Position numbers and translations under genes: made by a program
The notes under the pieces: generated by a model
The model's database searches: none
What the model was told of the DNA's origin: nothing
Seen by the model: only the letters and a program-made list of their open reading frames with translations
Part shown: positions 29,725 to 37,596 of the stretch, in pieces
Layout: each line of letters opens with the position of its first letter
Numbering within the stretch: position 1 is the first letter of the stretch
NCBI GenBank assembly: GCA_016190815.1
Contig: JACPPT010000014.1
Location: forward strand, 1 to 44,533
Origin: Chloroflexota bacterium
Lineage (GTDB): Bacteria; Chloroflexota; Dehalococcoidia; JACPPT01
Reading direction: 5' to 3'
DNA length: 44,533 bases

Positions 29725-30588
29725 TTATTTTACATATTTACCGATAAGTATGGATAAATCCTTCTTTGCCTTGGGTGGTATACGATCTCTTGCTGTGATT
29801 ATGGCGTTCTCCAGTGCCCTGGGGCACTGACAGCCCCTTTTTTCTGGCAGAGCAGCCACAACGCTCCTGATTATCTTCTTGGAGTTTGCTACGTTTTTCT
29901 GAAGGTTGGCGATAACCATCTCCACCGTTACCGATTCATGCCCTTCGTGCCAGCAGTCGTAGTCTGTAACGCAGGCCAGGGTAGCGTAGCATATCTCGGC
30001 CTCTCGGGCTAGCTTGGCCTCGGGCAGGGCGGTCATTCCAATCACGTTTGCTCCCCAGGAGCGGTAGAGGTGGGATTCGGCTTTAGTTGAGAAAAGGGGG
30101 CCTTCCATAACCACATAGGTCCCACCCTTGTGGACTCTTGGAGCTACAGCCTTTGCCTCATTATACAAGATGTCACTTAAGTCGGGGCAGAAAGGCTCCG
30201 CGAAAGCAGCATGAACGACAAGCCCATCACCAAAGAAGGTGTTCACCCTACTCTTGGTGCGATCTATGAGCTGGTTGGGGATGAGAAGGTCAAGGGGGCG
30301 CATTTCCTCTTTAAGGCTTCCGACAGCGCTCACGGATATTATCCTTTCAACCCCCAGGGACTTCAGGGCGAATATATTGGCTCTTGCTGGTATTTCAGTA
30401 GGGCTTGTCCGATGGCCCCTGCCGTGCCTGGGGAGGAAAGCAACCCTTTGCCCCTCCAGTGTGCCCAGAACGATGGAATCGCTGGGCTCCCCGAAAGGGG
30501 TTTTTATGTTGACCTCCTCTACGTTGGTCATTCCATCTATATCGTAAAGGCCGCTTCCCCCAATGATGCCTATCTTGGCCTCAGCCAC
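29725..30588 (-). CDS. mtnP: S-methyl-5'-thioadenosine phosphorylase
   Basis: PNP/MTAP family: IGIIGGSGLY, FLPRHGRGH, ISVSAVGSL. The in-frame GTG at 30588 lies 6 nt after AGGAGG and overlaps the mtnA stop (GTGGCTGA). The ORF track extends to 30627. Confidence 0.93.
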   Translation of the reverse strand: MAEAKIGIIGGSGLYDIDGMTNVEEVNIKTPFGEPSDSIVLGTLEGQRVAFLPRHGRGHRTSPTEIPARANIFALKSLGVERIISVSAVGSLKEEMRPLDLLIPNQLIDRTKSRVNTFFGDGLVVHAAFAEPFCPDLSDILYNEAKAVAPRVHKGGTYVVMEGPLFSTKAESHLYRSWGANVIGMTALPEAKLAREAEICYATLACVTDYDCWHEGHESVTVEMVIANLQKNVANSKKIIRSVVAALPEKRGCQCPRALENAIITARDRIPPKAKKDLSILIGKYVK

Positions 30589-31651
30589 CTTTACCCTCCT
30601 TGAAGATCTTGCTGAGCCCTTTCCCAAGGGGTGCTCTTATTACCCCTTTTTCAGTTACTATTGCGGACACGTACTTGTTGGGCGTTATATCGAAGGCGGG
30701 GTTCCTCACCTCTACCCCCTCCGGAGCAAGAAGGACCCTTCCAATATGGGTGACCTCCTCTGGCGGTCGCTCCTCAATGGGGATGCCTTCCCCTGAGGGT
30801 ATGGATAGGTCGATGGTGCTGGTGGGTGCTGCCACGTAGAATGGAACCCTGTTCTCCCTGGCCAGCACAGCCAGTGTATAGGTGCCAATCTTGTTGGCCA
30901 CGTCTCCGTTGGCCGCAATCCTGTCGGCTCCCACTATGACGCAGTTGATGCACCCTCTGGAGAGGAAATGCCCCGCCATGGAGTCAGTGATTAGCGTTAC
31001 AGGTATGCCCTCCTTTAGAAGCTCCCAGGCTGTCAGGCGAGCGCCTTGAAGAAAAGGCCTCGTCTCCGTGGCGAAAACCTTGAGTTTCTTGCCGCTTTCC
31101 CATGCTGCCCGGACTATGCCCAAGGCGGTGCCGTAGCCGGCTGTGGCCAGAGCGCCTGTGTTGCAGTGGGTGAGGACCGTTCCGCCATCCTGAACAAGTT
31201 GGGCACCAAGGCGTGCCAAGCTCCTGTTGGCCTCCTCGTCCTCTGCCTCTATTTTCTTAGCCTCGGCAACAAGGGCCAACCTGATCTTTGATACGTCTTT
31301 TGTGTCCTCCACCACCTTTCGCATCCTCTCTACAGCCCACTTTATGTTGACAGCCGTTGGGCGAGCATAGACGATGGTTTGGTACACCTTCTTCATCTCC
31401 ATCAGGAGTCCCTCACGGCTACCATTTTCAATGGCTTTTGCCCCGAGAGCGACTGCATAGGCGGCAGCGACCCCTAATACAGGAGCACCTCGAATGCGCA
31501 TCTCCTTAATGGCTGAGACAAGCTCCCGGTAGTCGGAGAGTTCCAGGTAGACCAACTCCCCAGGCAGCTTCGTCTGGTCAATGAGTCTCACCCTGTCGTT
31601 TACCCACTCTATAGCTTTCAAGTTGTGTATTCTCTCGATAGGTTTCAACAT
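30581..31651 (-). CDS. mtnA: methylthioribose-1-phosphate isomerase (eIF-2B alpha/beta/delta-like family)
   Basis: 356 aa with RLIDQTKLP, IRGAPVLGVAAAY and VIVGADRIAANGDVANKIGTY. Confidence 0.93.
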   Translation of the reverse strand: MLKPIERIHNLKAIEWVNDRVRLIDQTKLPGELVYLELSDYRELVSAIKEMRIRGAPVLGVAAAYAVALGAKAIENGSREGLLMEMKKVYQTIVYARPTAVNIKWAVERMRKVVEDTKDVSKIRLALVAEAKKIEAEDEEANRSLARLGAQLVQDGGTVLTHCNTGALATAGYGTALGIVRAAWESGKKLKVFATETRPFLQGARLTAWELLKEGIPVTLITDSMAGHFLSRGCINCVIVGADRIAANGDVANKIGTYTLAVLARENRVPFYVAAPTSTIDLSIPSGEGIPIEERPPEEVTHIGRVLLAPEGVEVRNPAFDITPNKYVSAIVTEKGVIRAPLGKGLSKIFKEGKGG

Positions 31652-31679
31652 ATTCCTTGACTATAAGTGTCTAGAGAAC

Positions 31680-31703
31680 AAAAAACTTCTCTTTCAAGAG
31701 AAG
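31680..31703 (-). terminator. intrinsic terminator forming the riboswitch expression platform
   Basis: Minus strand reads CTTCTCTT-GAA-AGAGAAG followed by TTTTTT. It lies between the aptamer and the mtnA start. Confidence 0.8.
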
Positions 31704-31714
31704 TCCGGCACAAA

Positions 31715-31845
31715 GCTTTTCTCTCATCTGCCCCCAAAATTTGGGGTCGGACTTGGCACCGTGTCCCGTAAGACCTAAGTCATCTGGGACCGGTTGCTGG
31801 GCTTCACTGGGCCAGTCCCTCCACCACTCTTGATAAGAGCGCTGA
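31715..31845 (-). promoter_or_regulatory. SAM-I (S-box) riboswitch aptamer
   Basis: Minus strand reads CTCTTATCAAGAGTGGTGGAGGGACTGGCCCAGTGAAGCCCAGCAACC...GGTGCCAAGTCCGAC...AGATGAGAG. P1 halves are CUCUUAUC/GAUGAGAG. By eye this matches the conserved S-box core almost position for position. Confidence 0.9.
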
Positions 31846-31865
31846 CTTTATTAAATTTGTATTAA

Positions 31866-31894
31866 ATACTACCCCAGCTTTGAGACATTGTCAA
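31866..31894 (-). promoter_or_regulatory. candidate sigma70-type promoter driving the riboswitch and mtnA operon
   Basis: Minus strand reads TTGACA (31894-31889), a 17-nt spacer, then TAGTAT (31871-31866). It lies about 20 nt upstream of riboswitch P1. Confidence 0.6.
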
Positions 31895-32025
31895 GATTCA
31901 GAGAGAAACCCGAAATCAGCGATTCAGCTTTACCCAGCTTCACCCGTATGATGCTGGTTGGGTTCATGCTCAGCGGGTTTCCCCTATGATTCACCCCTGG
32001 AGTGAACTGATACCTCATCCCCTGC

Positions 32026-32049
32026 CCCCTTCTCCTGCTGGAGAAGGGG
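32026..32049 (-). terminator. GC-rich stem-loop about 50 nt downstream of ade (possible terminator, no U-tract)
   Basis: CCCCTTCTCC / GGAGAAGGGG, a perfect 10-bp stem with a 4-nt loop. No T-run follows on either strand. Confidence 0.35.
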
Positions 32050-32099
32050 AAATGTGAATCTGGGGGTGTTCAGTAGTCTGTGTCACGGCCACTTACAGG

Positions 32100-33809
32100 T
32101 CAATCGCTAGTTTTAGGGAGAAATGCGCCTTTAACTACATCCACAAGCCCCTTATCTGTAAGCCTGAGCTCTGGAATGACAGGCAAGGCCAGAAAGGACA
32201 GGATTGTGAATGGAGAAGGGACTCGTACCCCCAGCTCTACCGCCGCTCTCTCCAGATCGCGTAAGTTTGCAGCTACGTTCTCCAGAGGTTCCTGAGACAG
32301 AAGGCCTGCCATAGGCAGGGCAAGGGCTTTCAGAGTCTTGCCGTTTGCTACCACCAATCCCCCGCCAAGCCGTTCCACCTCTTTGATGGCTATGTATGTA
32401 TCTCTGTCATTGGTTCCCACCGCCACAATATTATGGGAATCGTGGGCTACAGAGGAGGCGAGTGCCCCTTTCTTGAGTCCAAAGCCTTTCACAAGGCCCA
32501 GGCCTATGTTGCCTGTGGCCTTGTGCCTTTCCACTACCACAAGCTTTAGGATGTCTCTCTCGGGGTCTGGCAAAACAAGGCTGTTGTCCCTTTTGGGTCT
32601 CTCTTGTCTGAACTTGGTTATTATCTGATGGGGGACAAGTTCAATGACCGGGAGCGTAGTGTTGGAAGACGCTAGTGCCAGAGCCTCGATGCCGAAGGGC
32701 TTTACCCTCATGGTGCGGGTCATCTCCCCGCTGGCGGGAGAGGAAGGGGGAAACAGGGGTTTCCCTTCTCTAGCCACAAGGCGGCCTCGGTAGAAAACCA
32801 TCTCCGTTTGGAATCTGGAGATGTCACCCAGCACTATGAGGTTCGCAAAATAGCCCGGCGCCACCGCTCCCAGGTACGGTAGGCGGAAATATTCAGCAGG
32901 ATTTATGGTGGCCATCTGGATGGCTCTTAGGGGAGGCAACCCCAGTTTTATGGCCTTTCTGACCACGGCGTCGATGTCTCCATCGGAGAGGAGGTCAACA
33001 CAGCTTCGGTCGTCCACCACCAGGATGCAGCGTCTGTAGGTGTTATCGTTCACCAGGGGGAGGAGGGTCTCCAGGTTTTTCTCAGAGGAGCCCTCTCGTA
33101 TCATCAGGTGCATACCGCGTCGGAGCTTTTCCCTTCCCTCTTCGAGAGCGGTGGTTTCGTGGCAGGAGCCGATTCCTGCGGAAAGGTAGGCATTTAAGCT
33201 CTTCCCGCCAAGGCCTGGGGCATGGCCATCTCTGAGTCTTCCTCCGGCCATGGTGATCTTCTGGAGGACTCCCTTGTCCCCGGCGAGGAGCCCTGGAAAG
33301 TTCATCATCTCCCCCAGTCCTATAGTGTTCTTCCAGCGCAGAGCCTTGCGTATGTCTTCTGGAGTAACCTCAGCGCCGGCAGTCTCCAGGGAAGTGGCTG
33401 GAACACAGGGTGGCACCATCAGGAAGAAGTCAATGGGAAGCCTTCTGGCCCAGTCTAGCATTTGCTTCAGTCCTCTAAGCCCGCACACATTGGCTATCTC
33501 ATGAAAGTCCGTGACCACCGAGGTAGTGCCTCTGGGAACAAGAGCAAGGGCGTACTGGTCTATGTTGAGCATAGAGCTTTCCGGGTGTGTGTGTCCGTTT
33601 ATCAGGCCCGGTGCCAGGTATTTTTCCCCAAGGTCGATGGTCTCTTTCCCATCACGATAGTCTCCAATTCCTGCGATGCGGCCGCGGTATATGGCGACAT
33701 TCCCTTTCTCTATCTCCGCTGTAAAGGTGTTTATTATTTGGGCGTTGGCGAGAATGAGATCAGCGGGCATCTCGCCCGTGGCAACTTTTATCAGGTTCTG
33801 AAGGTTCAC
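32100..33809 (-). CDS. ade: adenine deaminase
   Basis: 569 aa, amidohydrolase metal motif GLINGHTHPESSM, and the length and layout of the Ade family. The GTG start overlaps the hpt stop (GTGA). Confidence 0.9.
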   Translation of the reverse strand: MNLQNLIKVATGEMPADLILANAQIINTFTAEIEKGNVAIYRGRIAGIGDYRDGKETIDLGEKYLAPGLINGHTHPESSMLNIDQYALALVPRGTTSVVTDFHEIANVCGLRGLKQMLDWARRLPIDFFLMVPPCVPATSLETAGAEVTPEDIRKALRWKNTIGLGEMMNFPGLLAGDKGVLQKITMAGGRLRDGHAPGLGGKSLNAYLSAGIGSCHETTALEEGREKLRRGMHLMIREGSSEKNLETLLPLVNDNTYRRCILVVDDRSCVDLLSDGDIDAVVRKAIKLGLPPLRAIQMATINPAEYFRLPYLGAVAPGYFANLIVLGDISRFQTEMVFYRGRLVAREGKPLFPPSSPASGEMTRTMRVKPFGIEALALASSNTTLPVIELVPHQIITKFRQERPKRDNSLVLPDPERDILKLVVVERHKATGNIGLGLVKGFGLKKGALASSVAHDSHNIVAVGTNDRDTYIAIKEVERLGGGLVVANGKTLKALALPMAGLLSQEPLENVAANLRDLERAAVELGVRVPSPFTILSFLALPVIPELRLTDKGLVDVVKGAFLPKTSD

Positions 33810-34345
33810 AATTTCACCCCTTCAACGATGCGTATGTCAGGTAAATGGCGGTATTTCTCATCCCAGTCTGTACCATACCCCACGATGAACTTATCAGGTA
33901 CAGTGAATCCCAGGTAGTCAATGTGAACCTCTACCCTTCGACGGGAGGGCTTGTCTAGAAGGGTGCATAGCTTGAGAGAGGATGGCCTTTTGCGAGCCAG
34001 ATGGCTCAGCAGAAAGGACGTGGTGAGGCCAGTATCCACGATATCTTCCACCACTAGAACGTCCCTGCCTCGGATTGGCGTATGTAGCCTGTGGGTTATC
34101 TTTATCCTTCCCGAGGTTTGGGTGCCTGCTCCATAGCTTGAAAGGCCAACGAAATCTATCTCAACCGGCATATCCAAGGCTCTTGCTAGGTCAGCGAGGA
34201 AGATGAAGGACCCTTTGAGAACACCTAAGAGAATTAGATTATGCCCCCCGTAGTCTCGCCTTATCTCCCGGGCGAGGCTTTCCACAGTCCTCTTTATCAG
34301 CTCGCGGGTGTATAAGATCCTTAGCTTCTCCAAGAGGTACTCCAT
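33806..34345 (-). CDS. hpt: hypoxanthine(-guanine) phosphoribosyltransferase
   Basis: 179 aa with PRPP loop VLVVEDIVDTGLT and typical 6-oxopurine PRTase layout. Confidence 0.93.
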   Translation of the reverse strand: MEYLLEKLRILYTRELIKRTVESLAREIRRDYGGHNLILLGVLKGSFIFLADLARALDMPVEIDFVGLSSYGAGTQTSGRIKITHRLHTPIRGRDVLVVEDIVDTGLTTSFLLSHLARKRPSSLKLCTLLDKPSRRRVEVHIDYLGFTVPDKFIVGYGTDWDEKYRHLPDIRIVEGVKL

Positions 34346-34367
34346 AACATAAAGAGTTTTATCATAT

Positions 34368-34396
34368 CATTCTAATAATAATTTTGCTTTCTATCA
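34368..34396 (-). promoter_or_regulatory. candidate sigma70-type promoter of hpt-ade
   Basis: Minus strand reads TTGATA (34396-34391), a 17-nt spacer, then TAGAAT (34373-34368). It lies about 22 nt upstream of the hpt ATG. Confidence 0.6.
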
Positions 34397-34467
34397 ACCA
34401 AGGCTACCCTGACTCAAAAATAGCGATTGAATCTGTAGGTTGGGTTTCCTAACTCAACCGTCGCGGG

Positions 34468-34489
34468 CGGGCAGGTTGAGAAACCTGCC
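34468..34489 (-). terminator. stem-loop downstream of the HAD gene (possible terminator, no U-tract)
   Basis: GGGCAGGTT / AACCTGCCC, a 9-bp stem with a 4-nt loop, about 55 nt after the HAD stop. Confidence 0.3.
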
Positions 34490-34543
34490 CTACGGGGGTC
34501 AATTGCTGTTTTCGGCCCTGAGATGCCTAATAGCATCCTCTGG

Positions 34544-35290
34544 CTAAATGGGTAAACTATTCAGCACCTCCAGCAGTTCGGAAAGGTTTTTTATCCTGGC
34601 GTCAGGCTCCACAGGGATCTCCCGCTCAGTGGGGGTCTCTAAGAGTATAGCCTTCATGCCAGCCCTCTTAGCACCTGCTACATCGATTGTGGGGTGGTCT
34701 CCTACGTGCACAGACTCCTCTGGGGTGGCCCCCAGTTGCCTCAGGGTCTCTAGGAATATCCCCAAAGCTGGCTTGCAGAGCCCGACCTCGTTGGAGAAGG
34801 TCATAACGCTGAGATAGCGGGCTGTGCCTTGCTGCTCGAGGAGCCTTCGGGCCGCAGAGCCGGGAGTAGCCCCTGTGTTGCAGATAAGCCCCAGCTTGTA
34901 TCCCCGTTCTTTAAGGAGGCTGAGAGTTTCGGGCGCCCCATCTGTTACATAGGGAGGCAGTGCAAATATAACATTGATGTAAGCAGACGTTATCTTCTCC
35001 AAGGTCTGCGGGCTGAGCCTGGGCAAAAGGCCGTCGTCGATGAGATTGAGGAGGTTTTCCAACTGCTCCCTGATGGTTATGTCGTATTCTTTCGACTGGA
35101 TCTCCCACAGGATTTGGTAGGCCTCGGCATAGCCTCTCTGCACCCTTTCAATGGGAATGCCAAAGCCCTCCTCCTTGAGGGCCTTCCATACGCCATCAAT
35201 GCGTAGAGCGACCCTTTGCTCTGCGCGCTCCCTGGGGTCCGTTACCAGGGTCTGCCATAGATCGAAGGTCACTGTGGTTATCCTGTCCAT
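34544..35290 (-). CDS. HAD-superfamily hydrolase (subfamily IA-like)
   Basis: 248 aa with motif I TFDLWQTLV, motif II ICNTGA-like, and motif IV VHVGDHPTIDVAGAKRAGM. Confidence 0.8.
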   Translation of the reverse strand: MDRITTVTFDLWQTLVTDPRERAEQRVALRIDGVWKALKEEGFGIPIERVQRGYAEAYQILWEIQSKEYDITIREQLENLLNLIDDGLLPRLSPQTLEKITSAYINVIFALPPYVTDGAPETLSLLKERGYKLGLICNTGATPGSAARRLLEQQGTARYLSVMTFSNEVGLCKPALGIFLETLRQLGATPEESVHVGDHPTIDVAGAKRAGMKAILLETPTEREIPVEPDARIKNLSELLEVLNSLPI

Positions 35291-35451
35291 ACATCCCTCG
35301 CAGGTATACGCCTAAGGCATCCTAAGAATACAATGTACTCATTGTCAACTGCAAGCCCATTCCCTCTGTCATCCTGTTCAGATACAGGTATCCTGGCTCA
35401 GCCGCAAAAGTAAAGGAGTATACTAAAAGATATGAAGCACAGGATGTCCAT

Positions 35452-36519
35452 ATGCAAGCTCTAGCTGTAACACCTAAAAAGAGGAATAGCTTCAGGATTG
35501 CGGATGTGAAGACGCCCTCCCCCGAGGCCGACGAGGTTCTGGTGAAAACTGTGAGGGTGGGTATCTGTGGCACCGATTTGGAGATTGTGCAGGGATACTA
35601 CGGTGAGTCACCGGAGGGTGCGGACTATCTTATTTTAGGGCATGAGTCTTTGGGGCACATCGAGGCTGTGGGACGGGATGCAAGAGGGTTCACTCCAGGC
35701 GATTATGTGGTTGCCACAGTGAGGCGTCCCGACTCCTGTATCAATTGTCAAAGGGGAGAACCAGACATGTGCCTGACAGGTGAGTACAAGGAACGGGGCA
35801 TAAAAGGCCTTCATGGTTTTATGTCTGAATACTTTGTGGAGAAGCCTCAATATCTGGTGAAGGTGACTGCTGACATCCAGGGCGTGGCTGTTTTGATGGA
35901 ACCTTTGAGCATTGTGGAGAAGGTCCTCCGTCAGGCCTTCAAGATTCAGGAGCGATTGGTCTGGGAGCCAAAGAATGCCCTGGTGCTGGGAGCAGGGCCT
36001 ATTGGGCTTCTCGCCACAGCCCTCCTGTGCCTCAAGGGTCTGCGAACCTTCACCCTGGCTACAGGTCCTAGGGGGAACTATAAGGCACAACTTGCCGAGG
36101 TCATGGGCGCGACCTATGTAGACGTTAATGAGAACCCCATCCAGCAGATACCCCGAAAGATTGGCAATATCGATATAATATTCGAGGCCACGGGGAGCAG
36201 CTTCGTTGCTTTTCAGGCTATGGGCATTCTCGGCAACAATGGTATCATATGCCTTACAAGCGTATCGTCTGGAGAAAAACATTTGGAGGTACCATCAGAT
36301 GCTCTCAACCTTTCGATGGTTCTGGGCAACAAGGTAAGCTTTGGGAGCGTCAACGCCAGCAAGATAGACTGGGAGCGTGGAATAGAACACATGAAGGAAA
36401 TGGAGAAAAGGTGGCCTGGTCTCCTTGCAAAGATGATAACTCGCAGGTTCCCCCTGGGGGATTTTGCCCAGGCACTGGGGCGAAGGCGCGATGATATAAA
36501 GGTGGTCATTGAGCTTTAA
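35452..36519 (+). CDS. zinc-dependent MDR dehydrogenase, archaeal-type glucose/aldose 1-dehydrogenase-like
   Basis: 355 aa with GICGTDLEIV, LGHESLG, RRPDSCINC, GLHGF, EPLS and LGAGPIG. From memory, this pattern matches Thermoplasma/Sulfolobus-type GDH. Confidence 0.8.
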   Translation: MQALAVTPKKRNSFRIADVKTPSPEADEVLVKTVRVGICGTDLEIVQGYYGESPEGADYLILGHESLGHIEAVGRDARGFTPGDYVVATVRRPDSCINCQRGEPDMCLTGEYKERGIKGLHGFMSEYFVEKPQYLVKVTADIQGVAVLMEPLSIVEKVLRQAFKIQERLVWEPKNALVLGAGPIGLLATALLCLKGLRTFTLATGPRGNYKAQLAEVMGATYVDVNENPIQQIPRKIGNIDIIFEATGSSFVAFQAMGILGNNGIICLTSVSSGEKHLEVPSDALNLSMVLGNKVSFGSVNASKIDWERGIEHMKEMEKRWPGLLAKMITRRFPLGDFAQALGRRRDDIKVVIEL

Positions 36520-36560
36520 GCTGGTATCTTATATCGGTCAATTTATGAAAGGAGGGTCTA

Positions 36561-37514
36561 ATGGCAATTTTTCTCAGGGAGCAGGATGTTGAGAAGGTTC
36601 TGACAATGGAGGAGTGCTTGAAAGCTGTTGAGGAGGCTCTAAAACAGCAGGCCGAGGGCACCGCTGTCAACGTCCCCAGATGTCGTGCCCGCTTTCCCCT
36701 GGGTGCCTTGAACATGATGATAGCTGCGGTTCCTCAAATGGGAGCCATGGGCTATAAATCCGTCGCTGTGAGCGATACCCGGAGAAGGTTTCTGGTGGTG
36801 GTTCACAGCACGCAAACCGGGGAGATTCTCGCAATTATGGAGGCTGACCGCCTGACCCAGCTCAGAACGGGAGCGGCAACAGGCGTCGGAGCCAAATACA
36901 TGGCCCGGCAAAATGCTCGAACCGTGGGCATTATAGGTTCCGGCTATCAGGCCAAAACCCAGCTAGAGGCTGTCTGTGCTGTAAGGGGGATCAAGGCTGT
37001 CAAGGCCTATGACACAGTCCCTGAAAAAAGAAAGGCTTATTCCCGCGAAATGAGCAAGGCTTTGGGTATTGAGGTGCTTCCCGTTGATAGCGCGGAAGAG
37101 GCGGTCAAGGGCTCCGACATTGTGGTTACCTCCACCACCTCACGGGAGCCTGTGCTGAAAGGTGAATGGCTGGAGGAGGGCACCCACGTTACAGGGATGG
37201 GCACCGCGGACCTGGCCCGTCGGGAGATAGACGAGGCGACTGTTCGGCGCAGCAGCATAGTTGTGGTGGAGCACAAGGACCAGGCCAAGATAGAGAGCGG
37301 GGATCTTCTACATCCCATCGAGCGCGGCATAATACACTGGGGGCAGGTCTATGAGCTGGCCGATGTGGTTTCAGGGAGGGTGAAGGCTCGCCAGAAGGCG
37401 AGCGACATAACGCTGTTTAAGTGTCATGGTATGGCTACATGGGACGTTGCTGTTGGCATTAGGACATACGAGCTTGCCAAGGCCAAGGGGCTGGGTGCTC
37501 AACTTCCATTCTGA
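36561..37514 (+). CDS. ornithine cyclodeaminase/mu-crystallin family protein
   Basis: 317 aa with Rossmann motif IIGSGYQAKTQLEAV and typical family length and N-terminus. Confidence 0.85.
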   Translation: MAIFLREQDVEKVLTMEECLKAVEEALKQQAEGTAVNVPRCRARFPLGALNMMIAAVPQMGAMGYKSVAVSDTRRRFLVVVHSTQTGEILAIMEADRLTQLRTGAATGVGAKYMARQNARTVGIIGSGYQAKTQLEAVCAVRGIKAVKAYDTVPEKRKAYSREMSKALGIEVLPVDSAEEAVKGSDIVVTSTTSREPVLKGEWLEEGTHVTGMGTADLARREIDEATVRRSSIVVVEHKDQAKIESGDLLHPIERGIIHWGQVYELADVVSGRVKARQKASDITLFKCHGMATWDVAVGIRTYELAKAKGLGAQLPF

Positions 37515-37566
37515 GATTCAGTCGAAGAAGCGCCTTTTAGTTTCCACCCGCCTATATAAGAAGGCC

Positions 37567-37589
37567 TCAGGGGGGCTTCGCCCCCCTGA
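37567..37589. terminator. GC-rich hairpin between convergent genes
   Basis: TCAGGGGGG-CTTCG-CCCCCCTGA, located between the OCD stop (37514) and the aldolase stop (37597). The flanking T/A runs are weak. Confidence 0.6.
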
Positions 37590-37596
37590 ACTCTCT

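Noticed and set aside
31581-31778. 65-aa plus-strand ORF
   Set aside because: It overlaps the mtnA 5' end and the SAM-I riboswitch and terminator on the other strand.
34346-34543. hpt leader and intergenic region examined for a purine riboswitch
   Set aside because: The promoter-to-ATG distance is only about 22 nt, and the conserved purine-aptamer loops and junction are not present.
35330-35345. Inverted repeat ACAATG-TACT-CATTGT in the divergent HAD/dehydrogenase intergenic region
   Set aside because: The repeat is short (6-bp arms) and occurs once, with no second copy or clear promoter overlap. It could be an operator, but the evidence is too thin for a feature.
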